59,527 nt of DNA from a virus. Taxonomy: Duplodnaviria; Caudoviricetes. Numbering within the stretch: position 1 is the stretch's first letter; each line of letters opens with the position of its first letter. The position numbers were made by a program, and so were the translations under genes. Shown one piece after another: positions 17,586 through 29,900 of the stretch. The stretch is taken from positions 1 to 59,527 of the IMG/VR virus record IMGVR_UViG_3300022935_000018; one strand, 5' to 3'. The notes below the pieces were generated by a model. That model saw only the letters and a list, made by a program, of their open reading frames with translations, ran no database searches and was not told the DNA's origin.

Positions 17586-20500
17586 GTGGCAGTTGGTCGT
17601 ATATCTGGTCCGCTTTTGAAGGCAAACCTACTTCGCCAAGGAGTGGATCTCGCTTTTGAAACGGATTTATTGTACTTAGATGTTAATAATAGCCGAATAG
17701 GAGTTAACACTAACGCACCTGCGACCGCTCTCGATATAAACGGAACAGCAAGAATTCAAACATTAGATATTTTAGACACTACATTACCAATTGGTAATAT
17801 TACTATTGACGGTGCTACAAATACAATATCTACTACACAGCCTGTATTCACTATCACAACACCAAATCACGTTGTTTATCAAGACAAATTGATTATTGAC
17901 GATATTGAAATTGATAATGCTACTATTAGAGCAACAGGCACAAACCAGAATTTAGAGTTTAGACCAAACGGAACTGGTACTGTAAACTTCTTTGGTGACA
18001 CAAATATTACAGGTAATTTACACGCAACCGGCAATATTACAGCAGATGGCGATATTACAATTGGTGATAGCGACACAGATACTATCGTAATTAACGCTGA
18101 TATTAACTCAGATCTTATTCCAGATGTTACTAATACCTACACAATTGGTACTCCTACTAAAATTTGGTCACACGGTTACTTTAATGATCTAACAGCAACT
18201 AGTATTACAACTGCTGGATTAACAATTGGTGACTTAGATTTAACACTTACTCCGGGTAATGTTTATTACGTTGCTCAAAATGGAGACGATGCACATTCAG
18301 GCGAACACCCACAAGATCCGTTTGCTAGTTTGTCATATGCACTTAGCCAAGCAACTGCTGGAGATACTATTCACATTTACCCAGGGACATACGAAGAAAC
18401 GTTTCCTTTAACAGTTCCAACAGGTGTAACTGTTGTTGGTGAAAGTGTTAGAGGTGTAAAAATTGTCCCTACAGCAGGAACAAATAATAATGATGCGTTT
18501 TTATTAAACGGAGAAACAAGTGTAGTTAATTTAACTGTTGCAGATTTCTTCTACGACAGTATCAATAACACAGGATGGGCATTTAAATTTGCAAGTAACT
18601 TTGAAGTTACTACACGTTCACCATATATTAAAAATGTTAGTGTAATTACAGCAGGTAGTGTTACAAGTGCAAGTGATCCGAGAGGTTTTGATCAAGGTGA
18701 CGCAGGCCGCGGTGCATTTATTGATGGTGAAATAGCAACTGCTAACTCACGTGAAGCAAGTATGTTGTTCCACAGTGTAACATTTATTGTTCCAGGTGGT
18801 GTTGGTGTACTAGCAAAGAATGGTGCAAGGGTTGAGTGGTTAAACTCATTTGTATATTTTGCAGATAAAGCAATTATTGGTGAGAATGGTACTAACGGAT
18901 TAAAAGGTACAGGACGTACAAAAACTAAATTAAGTGGACTAGTTGGAACACCAACAGCAGGTGAAACATTTGTCTATACAGACAGTCAAGGCAATGCTGT
19001 AAATGCAACTGTTAATGAAGTTGATGGAAATTACATTTACTTGAATAATAATGTTTCTGGACTAGAAACAAAATATGAACGTGGCGGAAAAACTGTTGTT
19101 GCTGTTGACAATGCACAAATTGATACTGCAATTAAAAAGTTTGGTACAGGTTCGCTATTATTAGACGGTACTGGAGATTATATTTCTGTTGCTAACGATC
19201 CAGACTTTGGTTTTGGCACAGGTAATTTTACTATTGAAGGATGGTTTTATGCTAATGATGTTACAGGTACAAAATCATTAGTAGACCTAAGAGCAGGCAC
19301 AGCAGTTGATTCGGGATTATATATAAAATCAGATAGTGCTACTGTTAGTGTTACACACAACGGCACACAAATACTAAGTGGCGGCGTACTTTCAACAGCA
19401 ACATGGACTCACATTGCTGTAACAAGATCCGGTACAACAATTAATTTATATGTTAACGGTACTAGAGTAGACTCGGATAATACTTTTAGTGACGACTTAG
19501 GTTCTGCTAAACCGTTATTGATTGGTGCGGCATATGACGGATCGAGTGGATGGGACGGACAAGTTGATGATTTTAGAATTTCAACTGTTGCAAGATACAC
19601 ACTTGGTAGTTATACTCCACCATTAAATGAAGTTTCAAATGATGTTGACACACAAATTCTTTTAAGATTTAACGGAACAGACGGCTCGACAACTTTTGAA
19701 GATGATGTTATTGTTGAACAAGCAATTGGATTTGGCGGCGGTGCCTATGCAACAGGAATTGAACTAGCAGACTTTTCAGACTTTGGTTGTGAAGTTCGTT
19801 CAATTGGTAGTGCGTGTGTATATGGCAACTATGGTGCGTATGGTGATGGTAACGGTGTTATCATGTATCTTATTTCACAGAACTTTGCGTACATTGGCAA
19901 CGGTAAAGAAACAGATAATGATCCAACAACAGTATTACAAAGTCAAGAAGTTACAAAACTTAATAATGCAAACGTATATTACAGTTCAGTTGACCATAAA
20001 GGTGATTTTAGAGTTGGTGACATTTTCCATGTTAACCAAGCAGACGGTACAGTAAACTTTACTAATGCAAACTTTAACATTGATACATTACAAAGTGTAA
20101 GATTTAGTACAGGTTCATCAACTACAATTATTAATGGCGATCAAATTCAAACAGGCAATATTAGATTAAGCGGTAATACTATTGAAAGTTTAAGCGGAGA
20201 TTTAAACTTTGATGCACAAGCAGGAATGGTATATTTTAATGACGATGTTAATATTGCAGGTAACTTAGATGTTGTTGGTGACGTAACTATTGGCGGTAAT
20301 ATTACTATTGGTGATGAAGTTACAGACACTATTCAAATTGTTGCAGGTATTGCAAGTAATCTTGTTCCAAGCCAAGACGGTGTTTACACACTAGGTACTG
20401 TTTCAAACGAATGGCGTAAATTATACGCAAGAGAAATTCAAGTTGATGATATTAACATCAACGATAATGTGATTCAAACTACAAATACTAACCAAGACCT

Positions 20501-21296
20501 GGAGTTACGTGCTAGTGGTACAGGTAGTATTGTAATAGATGATTTAAGTTTTAAAACTAACATTGTTAGTTCTACTAATGATATTATATTATCTCCAGGT
20601 AGTGAAAGTGTAGACATTGACGCAACAGGAAGTTTACGCTTACCAAGAGGTACAACACTAGAACGTCCAGGCACACCTGAACTAGGTATGCTACGTTATA
20701 ACACAGATACTGATGTATTTGAAGGATATGACGGAAATTGGATTACACTAAACGGTATTAGAGACGTTGACCAAGATACATATATCCTTGCAGAGTCGAC
20801 ACCGGGTGCAGACGACGATACACTAACGTTTTTTGCCGCAGGACAGCAGGTTGCAGACGTTAATAGCACTAGATTTAATGTAAATAAGTTAGCAGTAGAC
20901 GATATTGAAATTGAAGGTAATACTGTTAGAACAGTAACCCTTAATACAGATTTAAACCTATTAGCAAATGGTACTGGTAAAGTAATCATTGAGAACTTTG
21001 GCTTTAATGCTAATTCGATAACTAATACTGTAGCAGGTGCAGTTACAACACTTGCCCAAACAGGTACTGGATACTTTAAAATTGAAGGTACTGGTGGATT
21101 TGTTATTCCAGTTGGTGATCTAACTAATAGACATCCGACACCAGAAACTGGAATGATGCGTTTTAACACAGCAGACGATCGTGTTGAAATTTATGATCCA
21201 TCAGGACAATGGGTATCAGTAGCAGGTAGTTCGGGTGCTGTGTCGGCACAAGATGCTGAAGAAATTGCAATTAAGATGGCGGTTACGATAGGATAA
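17586..21296 (+). CDS. Tail fibre/spike-like protein with beta-helix and LamG/concanavalin-like domain
   Basis: GTG start with AGGAG SD; FTIEGWF, WTHIAVTR, LYVNG, G.VDDFRIS..ARY LamG motifs at ~19090-19710. Confidence 0.75.
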   Translation: MAVGRISGPLLKANLLRQGVDLAFETDLLYLDVNNSRIGVNTNAPATALDINGTARIQTLDILDTTLPIGNITIDGATNTISTTQPVFTITTPNHVVYQDKLIIDDIEIDNATIRATGTNQNLEFRPNGTGTVNFFGDTNITGNLHATGNITADGDITIGDSDTDTIVINADINSDLIPDVTNTYTIGTPTKIWSHGYFNDLTATSITTAGLTIGDLDLTLTPGNVYYVAQNGDDAHSGEHPQDPFASLSYALSQATAGDTIHIYPGTYEETFPLTVPTGVTVVGESVRGVKIVPTAGTNNNDAFLLNGETSVVNLTVADFFYDSINNTGWAFKFASNFEVTTRSPYIKNVSVITAGSVTSASDPRGFDQGDAGRGAFIDGEIATANSREASMLFHSVTFIVPGGVGVLAKNGARVEWLNSFVYFADKAIIGENGTNGLKGTGRTKTKLSGLVGTPTAGETFVYTDSQGNAVNATVNEVDGNYIYLNNNVSGLETKYERGGKTVVAVDNAQIDTAIKKFGTGSLLLDGTGDYISVANDPDFGFGTGNFTIEGWFYANDVTGTKSLVDLRAGTAVDSGLYIKSDSATVSVTHNGTQILSGGVLSTATWTHIAVTRSGTTINLYVNGTRVDSDNTFSDDLGSAKPLLIGAAYDGSSGWDGQVDDFRISTVARYTLGSYTPPLNEVSNDVDTQILLRFNGTDGSTTFEDDVIVEQAIGFGGGAYATGIELADFSDFGCEVRSIGSACVYGNYGAYGDGNGVIMYLISQNFAYIGNGKETDNDPTTVLQSQEVTKLNNANVYYSSVDHKGDFRVGDIFHVNQADGTVNFTNANFNIDTLQSVRFSTGSSTTIINGDQIQTGNIRLSGNTIESLSGDLNFDAQAGMVYFNDDVNIAGNLDVVGDVTIGGNITIGDEVTDTIQIVAGIASNLVPSQDGVYTLGTVSNEWRKLYAREIQVDDININDNVIQTTNTNQDLELRASGTGSIVIDDLSFKTNIVSSTNDIILSPGSESVDIDATGSLRLPRGTTLERPGTPELGMLRYNTDTDVFEGYDGNWITLNGIRDVDQDTYILAESTPGADDDTLTFFAAGQQVADVNSTRFNVNKLAVDDIEIEGNTVRTVTLNTDLNLLANGTGKVIIENFGFNANSITNTVAGAVTTLAQTGTGYFKIEGTGGFVIPVGDLTNRHPTPETGMMRFNTADDRVEIYDPSGQWVSVAGSSGAVSAQDAEEIAIKMAVTIG

Positions 21297-21300
21297 AAGA

Positions 21301-21630
21301 ATGGCAACGTTTTTTAAAAATAAAGTAGTAAAAGAAATAGGAACAATTGATGTACCGATCTACGAAGTAGGTCCAAGTACTAGAGCAACTGTTATTGGTA
21401 TGAGTTTGGCTAATCTAACTAGTTCTGTTGTAAGTGCTAGTGTAAAAATATCCGACGATACATCAGTAACAGGGTTTTATTTAAAAGACATTCTTATTCC
21501 ACCTAACTCAACTTTAAAAGTTTTAAATGGTGGTGAAAAAATAATTTTAGCGGCAACAAATACGATTTATGTTGTTGCAGATATTGATGCAAGTTTAGAC
21601 TGCGTCATGAGTTTTGTGGAGATAGTGTAA
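21301..21630 (+). CDS. Small beta-rich virion protein (paralog of 13690 and 35710)
   Basis: ATVIGMSLAN...IPPNSTL...GEKIIL pattern. Confidence 0.65.
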   Translation: MATFFKNKVVKEIGTIDVPIYEVGPSTRATVIGMSLANLTSSVVSASVKISDDTSVTGFYLKDILIPPNSTLKVLNGGEKIILAATNTIYVVADIDASLDCVMSFVEIV

Positions 21631-21631
21631 T

Positions 21632-22093
21632 ATGTCATCTCAGTGGTTTACAGGTCAAACAATTACACAAACTATCGAAGATAATCTCGGCGAGCGTTAT
21701 TTCTACGGGTTACGTAGAACCGACGATGGAGAATTATTTTTAGGTAAACTTGACCAACTAAGCCTTAGTGACAATATTGTTATTAATAAGGAAGGTGATC
21801 CTGTTGATAACTTTGTTGAGTTTGACGAAGGTGTAGAATTTTTTGAAGGTAGAGATTCTGCACACAACTTAACTTATAAAAATTTAAATTATGAACAATT
21901 TCGTTGGGACGATGCTAATTTATTTTACTATGTAAATGAAGAAGGCGAACTAGTAGTTAGATTAAATCAAGGTCCAAACGATGGTGCTGTTGTTTATGCT
22001 GGTGATACAATTACAGTTACAGATAGTGATAGAGAATGGGATAACACTAACTTAACAATGGATAACAACAATATAACATTTGACCAAACATAG
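21632..22093 (+). CDS. Hypothetical virion protein (paralog of 23583)
   Basis: RYFYGLRR..DGEL, EFFEGRD, YEQFRWDD shared with 23583. Confidence 0.65.
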   Translation: MSSQWFTGQTITQTIEDNLGERYFYGLRRTDDGELFLGKLDQLSLSDNIVINKEGDPVDNFVEFDEGVEFFEGRDSAHNLTYKNLNYEQFRWDDANLFYYVNEEGELVVRLNQGPNDGAVVYAGDTITVTDSDREWDNTNLTMDNNNITFDQT

Positions 22094-22110
22094 GAGCGTA
22101 GGAGTAGCAA

Positions 22111-23571
22111 ATGACAAAACAAACAGTTAACGTAGGAGTGTTGCCCAACGATGGACAAGGTGATAACCTAAGGGCAGGCGCTACAAAAATTAATAATAAC
22201 TTTACCGAGTTATACGAAGCATTAGGAGATGGTGATCAACTTTCAGTTGTTAATGAAGGTGGTGTGTTAAATTCATTTCCTGCAACATCAGTAGGTAACA
22301 ACAAAGTTACCTTCTTATACGATGCATACGAAGATTTACCTAACCCTACTACCTATGATGGTATGTTAGCAAAAGTTAGTGCAGACGGTTGTGTTTACTA
22401 CGCTCATAACAACTCCTGGACTAAAATGCTAGACACTACATCGGACCTAACTGATATTGCTGATGTAAGTACTAGTGGCGCAACAGATGGTCAAGCACTA
22501 ATTTATACAGCCTCAACTCAAACATGGGGCCCAGGAAATGTTGCTACAGACGGCGGCTCAAGTGCATTTGTTGATTTATCAGATACACCTACAAACTTTT
22601 CAGGAGCAGGCGGACAAATTGTTAGAGTAAACTCGGGTGCAACAGCATTAGAATTTAGCAGTGCAATCACCGCTTCAGAAGTTTCAGGAATTGCTATTAG
22701 TGCATTAAGTAACGTTTCATCTTCAGCACCAAGCACAGGTGATGTTCTTAAATGGGATGGTGCACAATGGGCACCAGGTGCTGATATTGCATCAGGCGGC
22801 TCTGGTTTAGATGCTGACACACTTGACGGATTTGACAGTGCATACTTCTTAAACTATAGTAACTTTACAAACACTCCAACATTGTTTGGTGGTGCGTTTT
22901 TAGATTTGTCAGATACGCCAGCGGCATTTACAGGCGCGGCAAATAGATTTGTTAAAGTTAATTCAGCAGGTGATGGATTAGAATTTGTTGTAGACCAATC
23001 AACAGACCAAAACTTATGGGAAACATTTACAGCAGATACAGGTGCAACAAGTGCCGCTAGTTTAACAGACTCATTTGCAATTGAAGGCGGAACAGATATT
23101 TCAACTGAAATTACTGGAGATGTTTTAACAATTAATTGGACAGGAACTCCAGCACCAACTTTAATACAAGAGTTAACTAACGTTAGTGTAGCCAATGCAA
23201 GTATTGGTAACGCAATGACGTATAATGGTACAAGTTGGGAGCCAGAAAATGCTCCAAGTATTACTTGGACAATTGGTGCTAATGGTACATCAGACTACAC
23301 ATTTAGCGGACCTGGATTTCCAACAACAACAAACGATCCTGTACTATATTTGTATAGAGGTCACAAGTATTATTTTATAAACAACAGTGGTGGCGGCCAC
23401 CCATTCGAGATTAGAGTTTCAAACGGTGGAGCGGCATACAACACAGGAACAAGTAACAACAATGCATCAACGGGTGTTATTGAATTTACAGTTCCAATGA
23501 GTGCACCAGCGACATTATATTATCAATGTTCAGCACACAGCAACATGGGTAATGTTATTAATATTGTGTAA
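22111..23571 (+). CDS. Baseplate wedge / fibre connector with gp9/gp10-like N-terminus and C-terminal cupredoxin-like domain
   Basis: KQTVNVG..PNDG.GD.LR.GA.KIN.NF.ELY N-terminus; GHPF...LYYQCSAHSNMG C-terminus. Confidence 0.75.
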   Translation: MTKQTVNVGVLPNDGQGDNLRAGATKINNNFTELYEALGDGDQLSVVNEGGVLNSFPATSVGNNKVTFLYDAYEDLPNPTTYDGMLAKVSADGCVYYAHNNSWTKMLDTTSDLTDIADVSTSGATDGQALIYTASTQTWGPGNVATDGGSSAFVDLSDTPTNFSGAGGQIVRVNSGATALEFSSAITASEVSGIAISALSNVSSSAPSTGDVLKWDGAQWAPGADIASGGSGLDADTLDGFDSAYFLNYSNFTNTPTLFGGAFLDLSDTPAAFTGAANRFVKVNSAGDGLEFVVDQSTDQNLWETFTADTGATSAASLTDSFAIEGGTDISTEITGDVLTINWTGTPAPTLIQELTNVSVANASIGNAMTYNGTSWEPENAPSITWTIGANGTSDYTFSGPGFPTTTNDPVLYLYRGHKYYFINNSGGGHPFEIRVSNGGAAYNTGTSNNNASTGVIEFTVPMSAPATLYYQCSAHSNMGNVINIV

Positions 23572-23582
23572 GGAAATAGAAA

Positions 23583-23951
23583 ATGGCTAGTTTTTATCAA
23601 GGTACAGAAGCAGGAACACTACTAAAAACCGTAAAAGGTAGTAGATACTTTTATGGTCTAAGACGCAGTGAAGACGGCGAATTATATCTTGTAAAGTCAG
23701 ACCAAATGAAAAGTTCGGATGGTGTGCAAGTAAACAGACCTGGCGATCCTACACAGAACTATCCAGACTTTCAAAGAGGTATTGAATTCTTTGAAGGTAG
23801 AGATGAAGAACACGTTACAACATATGAAAACTTAAGATATGAGCAGTTTAGATGGGACGACAGAAATTTAGTTTATTATGTTGATGATGAAGGAAACTTA
23901 GTTATTAGAATAAACCAAGAATATGATTATCCTGAGGGGGTATCACCATAA
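23583..23951 (+). CDS. Hypothetical virion protein (paralog of 21632)
   Basis: Same three conserved blocks as 21632. Confidence 0.65.
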   Translation: MASFYQGTEAGTLLKTVKGSRYFYGLRRSEDGELYLVKSDQMKSSDGVQVNRPGDPTQNYPDFQRGIEFFEGRDEEHVTTYENLRYEQFRWDDRNLVYYVDDEGNLVIRINQEYDYPEGVSP

Positions 23952-23955
23952 TGGT

Positions 23956-23961
23956 TAAATA
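23956..23961 (+). promoter_or_regulatory. Late promoter TAAATA
   Basis: Intergenic, upstream of ATG 23991. Confidence 0.6.
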
Positions 23962-23990
23962 CAACAACAAAGCAGGAAACGGGAAAGTAA

Positions 23991-26900
23991 ATGGCTGAAT
24001 TTAAATTAGATCGAATTAGGTTTAGATGGACAGGCGTATGGTCTGCTTCTAAGCAATATATTAAAGACGACATTGTTTCATACGGTGGTAAAACATTTGT
24101 TTGTTTAAACGGACATACATCAGACCCGGATTTTTATATTGATTATCTAAATCAAGACCTACCTAAATGGACACAGATGACAGATGGTTATCAGTGGGTA
24201 GATCAGTGGACACCTGGAACATATTACAAAGTTAACGACATGGTTCGTTATGGTGGACAAGTTTACTCTGCTATTGTTGGCCATACTTCTGATGAGTATG
24301 TTCTTCCTGATACTGCAACTACGCTTCCTATTACTATCGGTTACGATACAGGCGAAAACAGAGCAGACGGGTTTTCACAATCAAGCACTGGTGCAATTTA
24401 CGTAGCAAATTTTGAAAGAAACAAGTTTACACTGCGTAAAGGTCATTCATATTATTTCGATCAAACAGATACTACTAATGCTACATTTGGCGGTCAAGAA
24501 CATCCGTTAGCATTTAGTTTATACGAAGACGGTATTAATGCTGATACTCCGCTTGTAGATTATTACACTAATGGAATTCAATATTTCTTAGATGGTGCAG
24601 AAGTAACAGACGCAGGCTATGTTGCAGGATTTGGAGCGGCAAGTTCACGTCAAATTAGATGGACTGTTCCGGAAAATGCACCTGATAAACTTTATTACTT
24701 TGATAGAACTGTTAACAGCACAGGTAAAGGTGCATATTTTAACATTGAAACACCTGGACAAATTGGAACTAACGATTTTGGTAACTGGAAATTAGTTGCT
24801 TCAGATCAAAACTGGAGATACGAATGGTTACCACAAGTTATTTACAGAATTGGTGATGTTGTAAAATATAACGGTATTCTTTATCAATGTAAAACTGAAC
24901 ATACATCATCAACTACAGTTACAGGTCTTGAACTTGATGTTGCTAAATGGGAAATTGTAACACGATCAGATGATTGGCGCAAAGATTGGCAACCGAGAAC
25001 ACGTTATAGACAAGACGATTTAGTACGCTATGGCGGTATTGTTTATAGATGTCTAATTGGCCACCAAAGTGCTAACGACGATGCACTTGGTCTAGAAGCA
25101 GACATGGACGGTACTCCTAAGTGGCAAGTTTTCCTTAGTGGTATTGAATACAAAGGTCATTGGGTAGGAAGTGCTACAGGAGTTACTGAAGGAATTGACA
25201 CAGGTGTTATTACAATAACAAGTCATGTTTGGCAAGATGGTGACATTGTACAATATACTACCGACGGCACTGCGGCTACTAACTTAACTAATAACACTTA
25301 CTACTATGTTAGCCTAGTTGACGGCAACAATTTTAAATTACATAGATCAAGAACGGATGCACTTGCACAAAGAAATCCAATAAATGCAGACGGTGGAACT
25401 GGAAATCAAAGTTTCACTAGACACTACCTATATAAACAAGGTGATATTGTACGCTTCGGACCTACATTGTGGTATTGTAATACAAGTCATGCGGCAGGTG
25501 CAGTTTTTGCAGAAAGTTTCTTTAACATTTGGCTTCCAGGTTATGAATACGAAACTCTTTGGAATGAAAATGAAATCTATCAACCAGGTGATATTGTTAA
25601 GTATGGCGGATATAGTTATACATCTTTAACAATTAATACAAACAGTGTTCCAAGTATTAACGGTATTACACAAGATACAGGTGATTGGGAATTACTAACA
25701 CAAGGTTATAGAATGGGTGGGCAGATTAATCAAAACCCAGACGTTCAAGAAGAGGCATCTTATTGGGATCAGGCTGTAGCATATAAAACAGGTGACGTAG
25801 TACGCTTTGGTGGTTACTTGTACATTTCTTTAAGAGATAATATTGGTGCAGAGCCCGACGATCAAGTAGAAACAGTTAATGTTGCAATCACTGTTGGTAA
25901 CACAGGAAACGGAAATCATTATTTTGTTAACGGTGTTGAAGATGGTGATATTAACTTCTATGAAGCGAACACATATATAATTGATCAAAGTGATAGTTCT
26001 AATGATACGCACCCATTGTATATTAGTACAACAGTTGACGGTCATCATGATGGCGGAAACTACAATGAACCCGACAACGGTGTAACATACTGGTTAGACG
26101 GTGTACAAGTTGCAGATAGAGCGGCATATGTAGCAGGTTTTGCAGGAGCAACTACTAGACAAGTAATTTACCTTGTACCACGCGATGCTTACAAAGCAAA
26201 CTATTTTGTTTGTGCGGCACATTCGGGAATGTATGATGGTACCGTTACAACAATTTATTCTAATAACTATTGGCAAACATTAATTGACGGTGACAGATTT
26301 AGAGGTAACTGGTCAGAAACTGTTACAGTAAATGCGGCACCGGCTGTTAACAATTATTTCTTAGGAGATATAGTAACATACGCAGGTACATTGTATCGCT
26401 GTATTAAAAGACATACATCATCTCAATCAGGAACAAGACCAGATTTAGATCAAGATTACACACAAGATAATTTCTGGATTCCAGTTATTGAAGGCGGTAA
26501 CACTAACGTCTTACAATATAGAGGCGATATGCGAACACACGACGGAACAGATCCGGTACGCCTTGGTATTAATGATGCAGGTGATGCTCTTAAAGTAATG
26601 CTTGATGATTCGCTAGACTGGGAAGCATTAGAAAAAACTGAAAATGTTTTCTTTGTTTCACCAGACGGTATTGATTCAACTGCACCCGGTAGAGGTCTAT
26701 CGCAGACATCTCCATTTAAAACAATTAAGTATGCGTGTAACTACATCTTTGAAGATGAAGGCACGAGAGCACCAGCAACAATTTTAGTTAAAACAGGGCG
26801 TTATAAAGAAGTATGTCCTATTAGTGTACCAGCAGGCGTTGCTATTGTTGGCGATGAACTACGTTCAACATTTATTGAGCCAACCCCTGAAACAACTGAT

Positions 26901-29900
26901 CAAGATATGTTCCGTGTTAGAAACGGTTGCGGTATTAGAAACATGACATTATCGGGATTAGTAGGTGAGTTAACTGATCCAGATGAGTACTTAATTAAGC
27001 GTGTAGACGCAGGGGCTTTCGTAGCACTTGATCCAGGTGATGGCCCAGATGATGAAAGTGTTTGGATTACAAATAAATCAACCTATGTACAAAACGTAAC
27101 AACGTTTGGTCAAGGGTGTATTGGTATGAAGGTCGACGGCGACCTACACAACGGTGGTAATAAATCTATTGTTGCTAACGACTTTACACAAATTATTCAA
27201 GACGGTATCGGATACTGGTGTAACGGTGACGGCTTATCAGAACTTGTATCTGTGTTTACATATTATTGTTACATTGGTTACTTGTGTACGCATGGTGGTA
27301 AAGTTCGTGCAACAAACGGTAACAACTCATATGGTGAATACGGGTCTGTTGCTATTGGATTTAATCAAAACGAAACTCCAATTACTGCTAAAGTAGACAA
27401 CTATTCCAAAGAAGCAGAAGTTGCAGAAGTTTACAACGACGAAAGCAAATTATTTGCTGTAGGTTACAGTAACACAGGTAAGCATTACACCACAGGTACA
27501 GTAACAATTACTGGTTCTGGTGCAGGTGCCGCTGGTAAAATTACTGAAACTAGACAAGGCTCTGTAACAGAAATTAGAATTACTGATCCGGGCGATTCAT
27601 CAATTGCAGGTGGCGGCGACTATACCTATGCTAACAATAGAGCACAAGGTGGCGGCGTAGATTATATTCAAATTGCTAACCAAGATGTTAACAATGAAGA
27701 CTACTACTTAAACAAACAAATTACTATTATCGAAGGTGAAGGTCGCGGACAATATGCCTATATTACAAGTTATAACTGGCTTATTGGTGGTGTTACACAA
27801 TTAACTAGAACTAGTGCGGACGATCTTACATTGATTCCTGGAAGTTATCCAGGTGTGGTTGGTATTAGCAGTGATGCCGATGCACAAGAACCAACAATAA
27901 CAGTTACTATTGATGCACAAGGTGCCGCAACAGCAGTTATTACTGCCCCGGGTAAGTTTAACAACGAAGGCGATATTATAACAGTTTTACCTACACAGGT
28001 TGGAAACTCAGGTAACCCTATTACATTCGAGGTCACAGGAAGAACAACAGGTGATAAAACCGTAACAGTCGCAAGACCAATTGACGGCGAGCCTGGCTGG
28101 CAACATTATTTGCCAGGAGAACCTATTGCTACTGTACTAGATGAAACTACACGTTACGAAATTACTCCAAGATTAGTATTTGACTCTCCGTCATTTACAC
28201 AAAACAGTGCTTCACTAGATGTAGGAAGTAATATCAAAGACACAGCATATCAAACAGTAAATGGTACTACATATTCAGTTGTTGTAGGTACAAATACTAT
28301 TTCTTATAGCACAGACGGAACACAATTTACTAATGCAAGTAACTATACAGATTTAAATTATGTTTCGGTTGCTCCAACAGCAACAGGATTTATGGCAATC
28401 GACGGCAACGGTAGAATTAAAATTTCAGGAGATGCAACAAACTGGGGAGATGCTGGTGCTAACTTGTTAGGTGAAGGTTTAACATTTACAAAAGTTGCAT
28501 ATGGTAAAGCACACGATGATACAAGTACTAACATTGCTATTGCTTCAGGAACATCAAATGTTTATGTTACAACAAACGGTGGATCGAGTTGGAACACAGT
28601 TAATGCAGGCGTAAGTAATGCACAGTTTATTGCATTTGGTAATAACAAATGGGTAGTTGCTAACGAGTCGGGAGATACTTGGGAAAGTATCGACAATGGT
28701 AACACTTGGACAGCAGGAACTAACATTGGTGATGTACAACACGATGTTTGTGATTTATGTTTTGGTAATGGACGCTTTGTAGCATCTTGTTACGACTCTC
28801 CAAATGATATTTCAACTGTAAACAATAAATTTTTCTACAGTTTTACTGATTCCGCAACAGCAAGTGGTAATACAACTTGGCTTCCAGGATCTGATACAAA
28901 CGTTGCAGACAATGTTTACATTAACTATGCTCAAGGTACTTTCTTAGGTGTAACTGAAAGTGGAAGTGTTATCCAGTCAGACGATGGTGTTTATTGGTCT
29001 GACAGAATTGCACTAAGCGGAACGTTTACAGGTATGGGGCATGGTTGGACGCAAGACGGTCCGGTGTTTTATCCGTTCACTGACGATTCAGTTTCATCAA
29101 TTGAATATATTACTTGTGGTGCTACAACAAGAGCAACACCTGTAATTGGCACCGGAAGAATACAAAGTTTCTTGATCCAAGAACCAGGTTCGGGTTACGG
29201 AACTAATCCACCGAATCTAACTATTATTGATCCGGATATTTCAAAGGCTGTTACATATGATGTTCGAATGGCAAATGGTACTGTAGGACAGATTGAATTT
29301 AGTAACAGAGGTACAGGATACATTAACATTGGTGTAACTATCACAGGTGATGGTTACGCAGATCTATATCAATTAGGGACAAGTTTAGTTGTTAAAAATC
29401 TAACACGTGAACCAGGACCTGGTGATAACTTATATATTTCTGGTATTAACGATGCGTATTATGCTGTTCAACAAATAAACGATGTTACTGGAACTGTTGG
29501 AAACTTACAAGCAACATTAACTATTACTCCAGCATTAGATAGAGCAGAAACACCAGAACACGAAACTGATTTAACAATTAGACAAAAATATTCGCAGGTA
29601 CGTCTAACAGGTCATGACTTCCTAGAAATTGGTAAAGGTAACTTATATACTTCACAGTATCCATTGTTAACTCCAATTGAAGGTTATGACGTAAGAGACT
29701 TCCAAGAAACAGAAAATGCTGGTGGTGGTAGAGTATTCTATACGTCCACTGACCAGGATGGTAACTTTAGAGTTGGTGAACTGTTTAAAGTTGAACAGTC
29801 AACAGGTATTGTATCGCTAAATGCTTCTTACTTCGAACTAGAAGGTTTGACAGAACTAAGATTAGGCGGTGTTACACTTGGTGGAACAAATGCTCTTATT

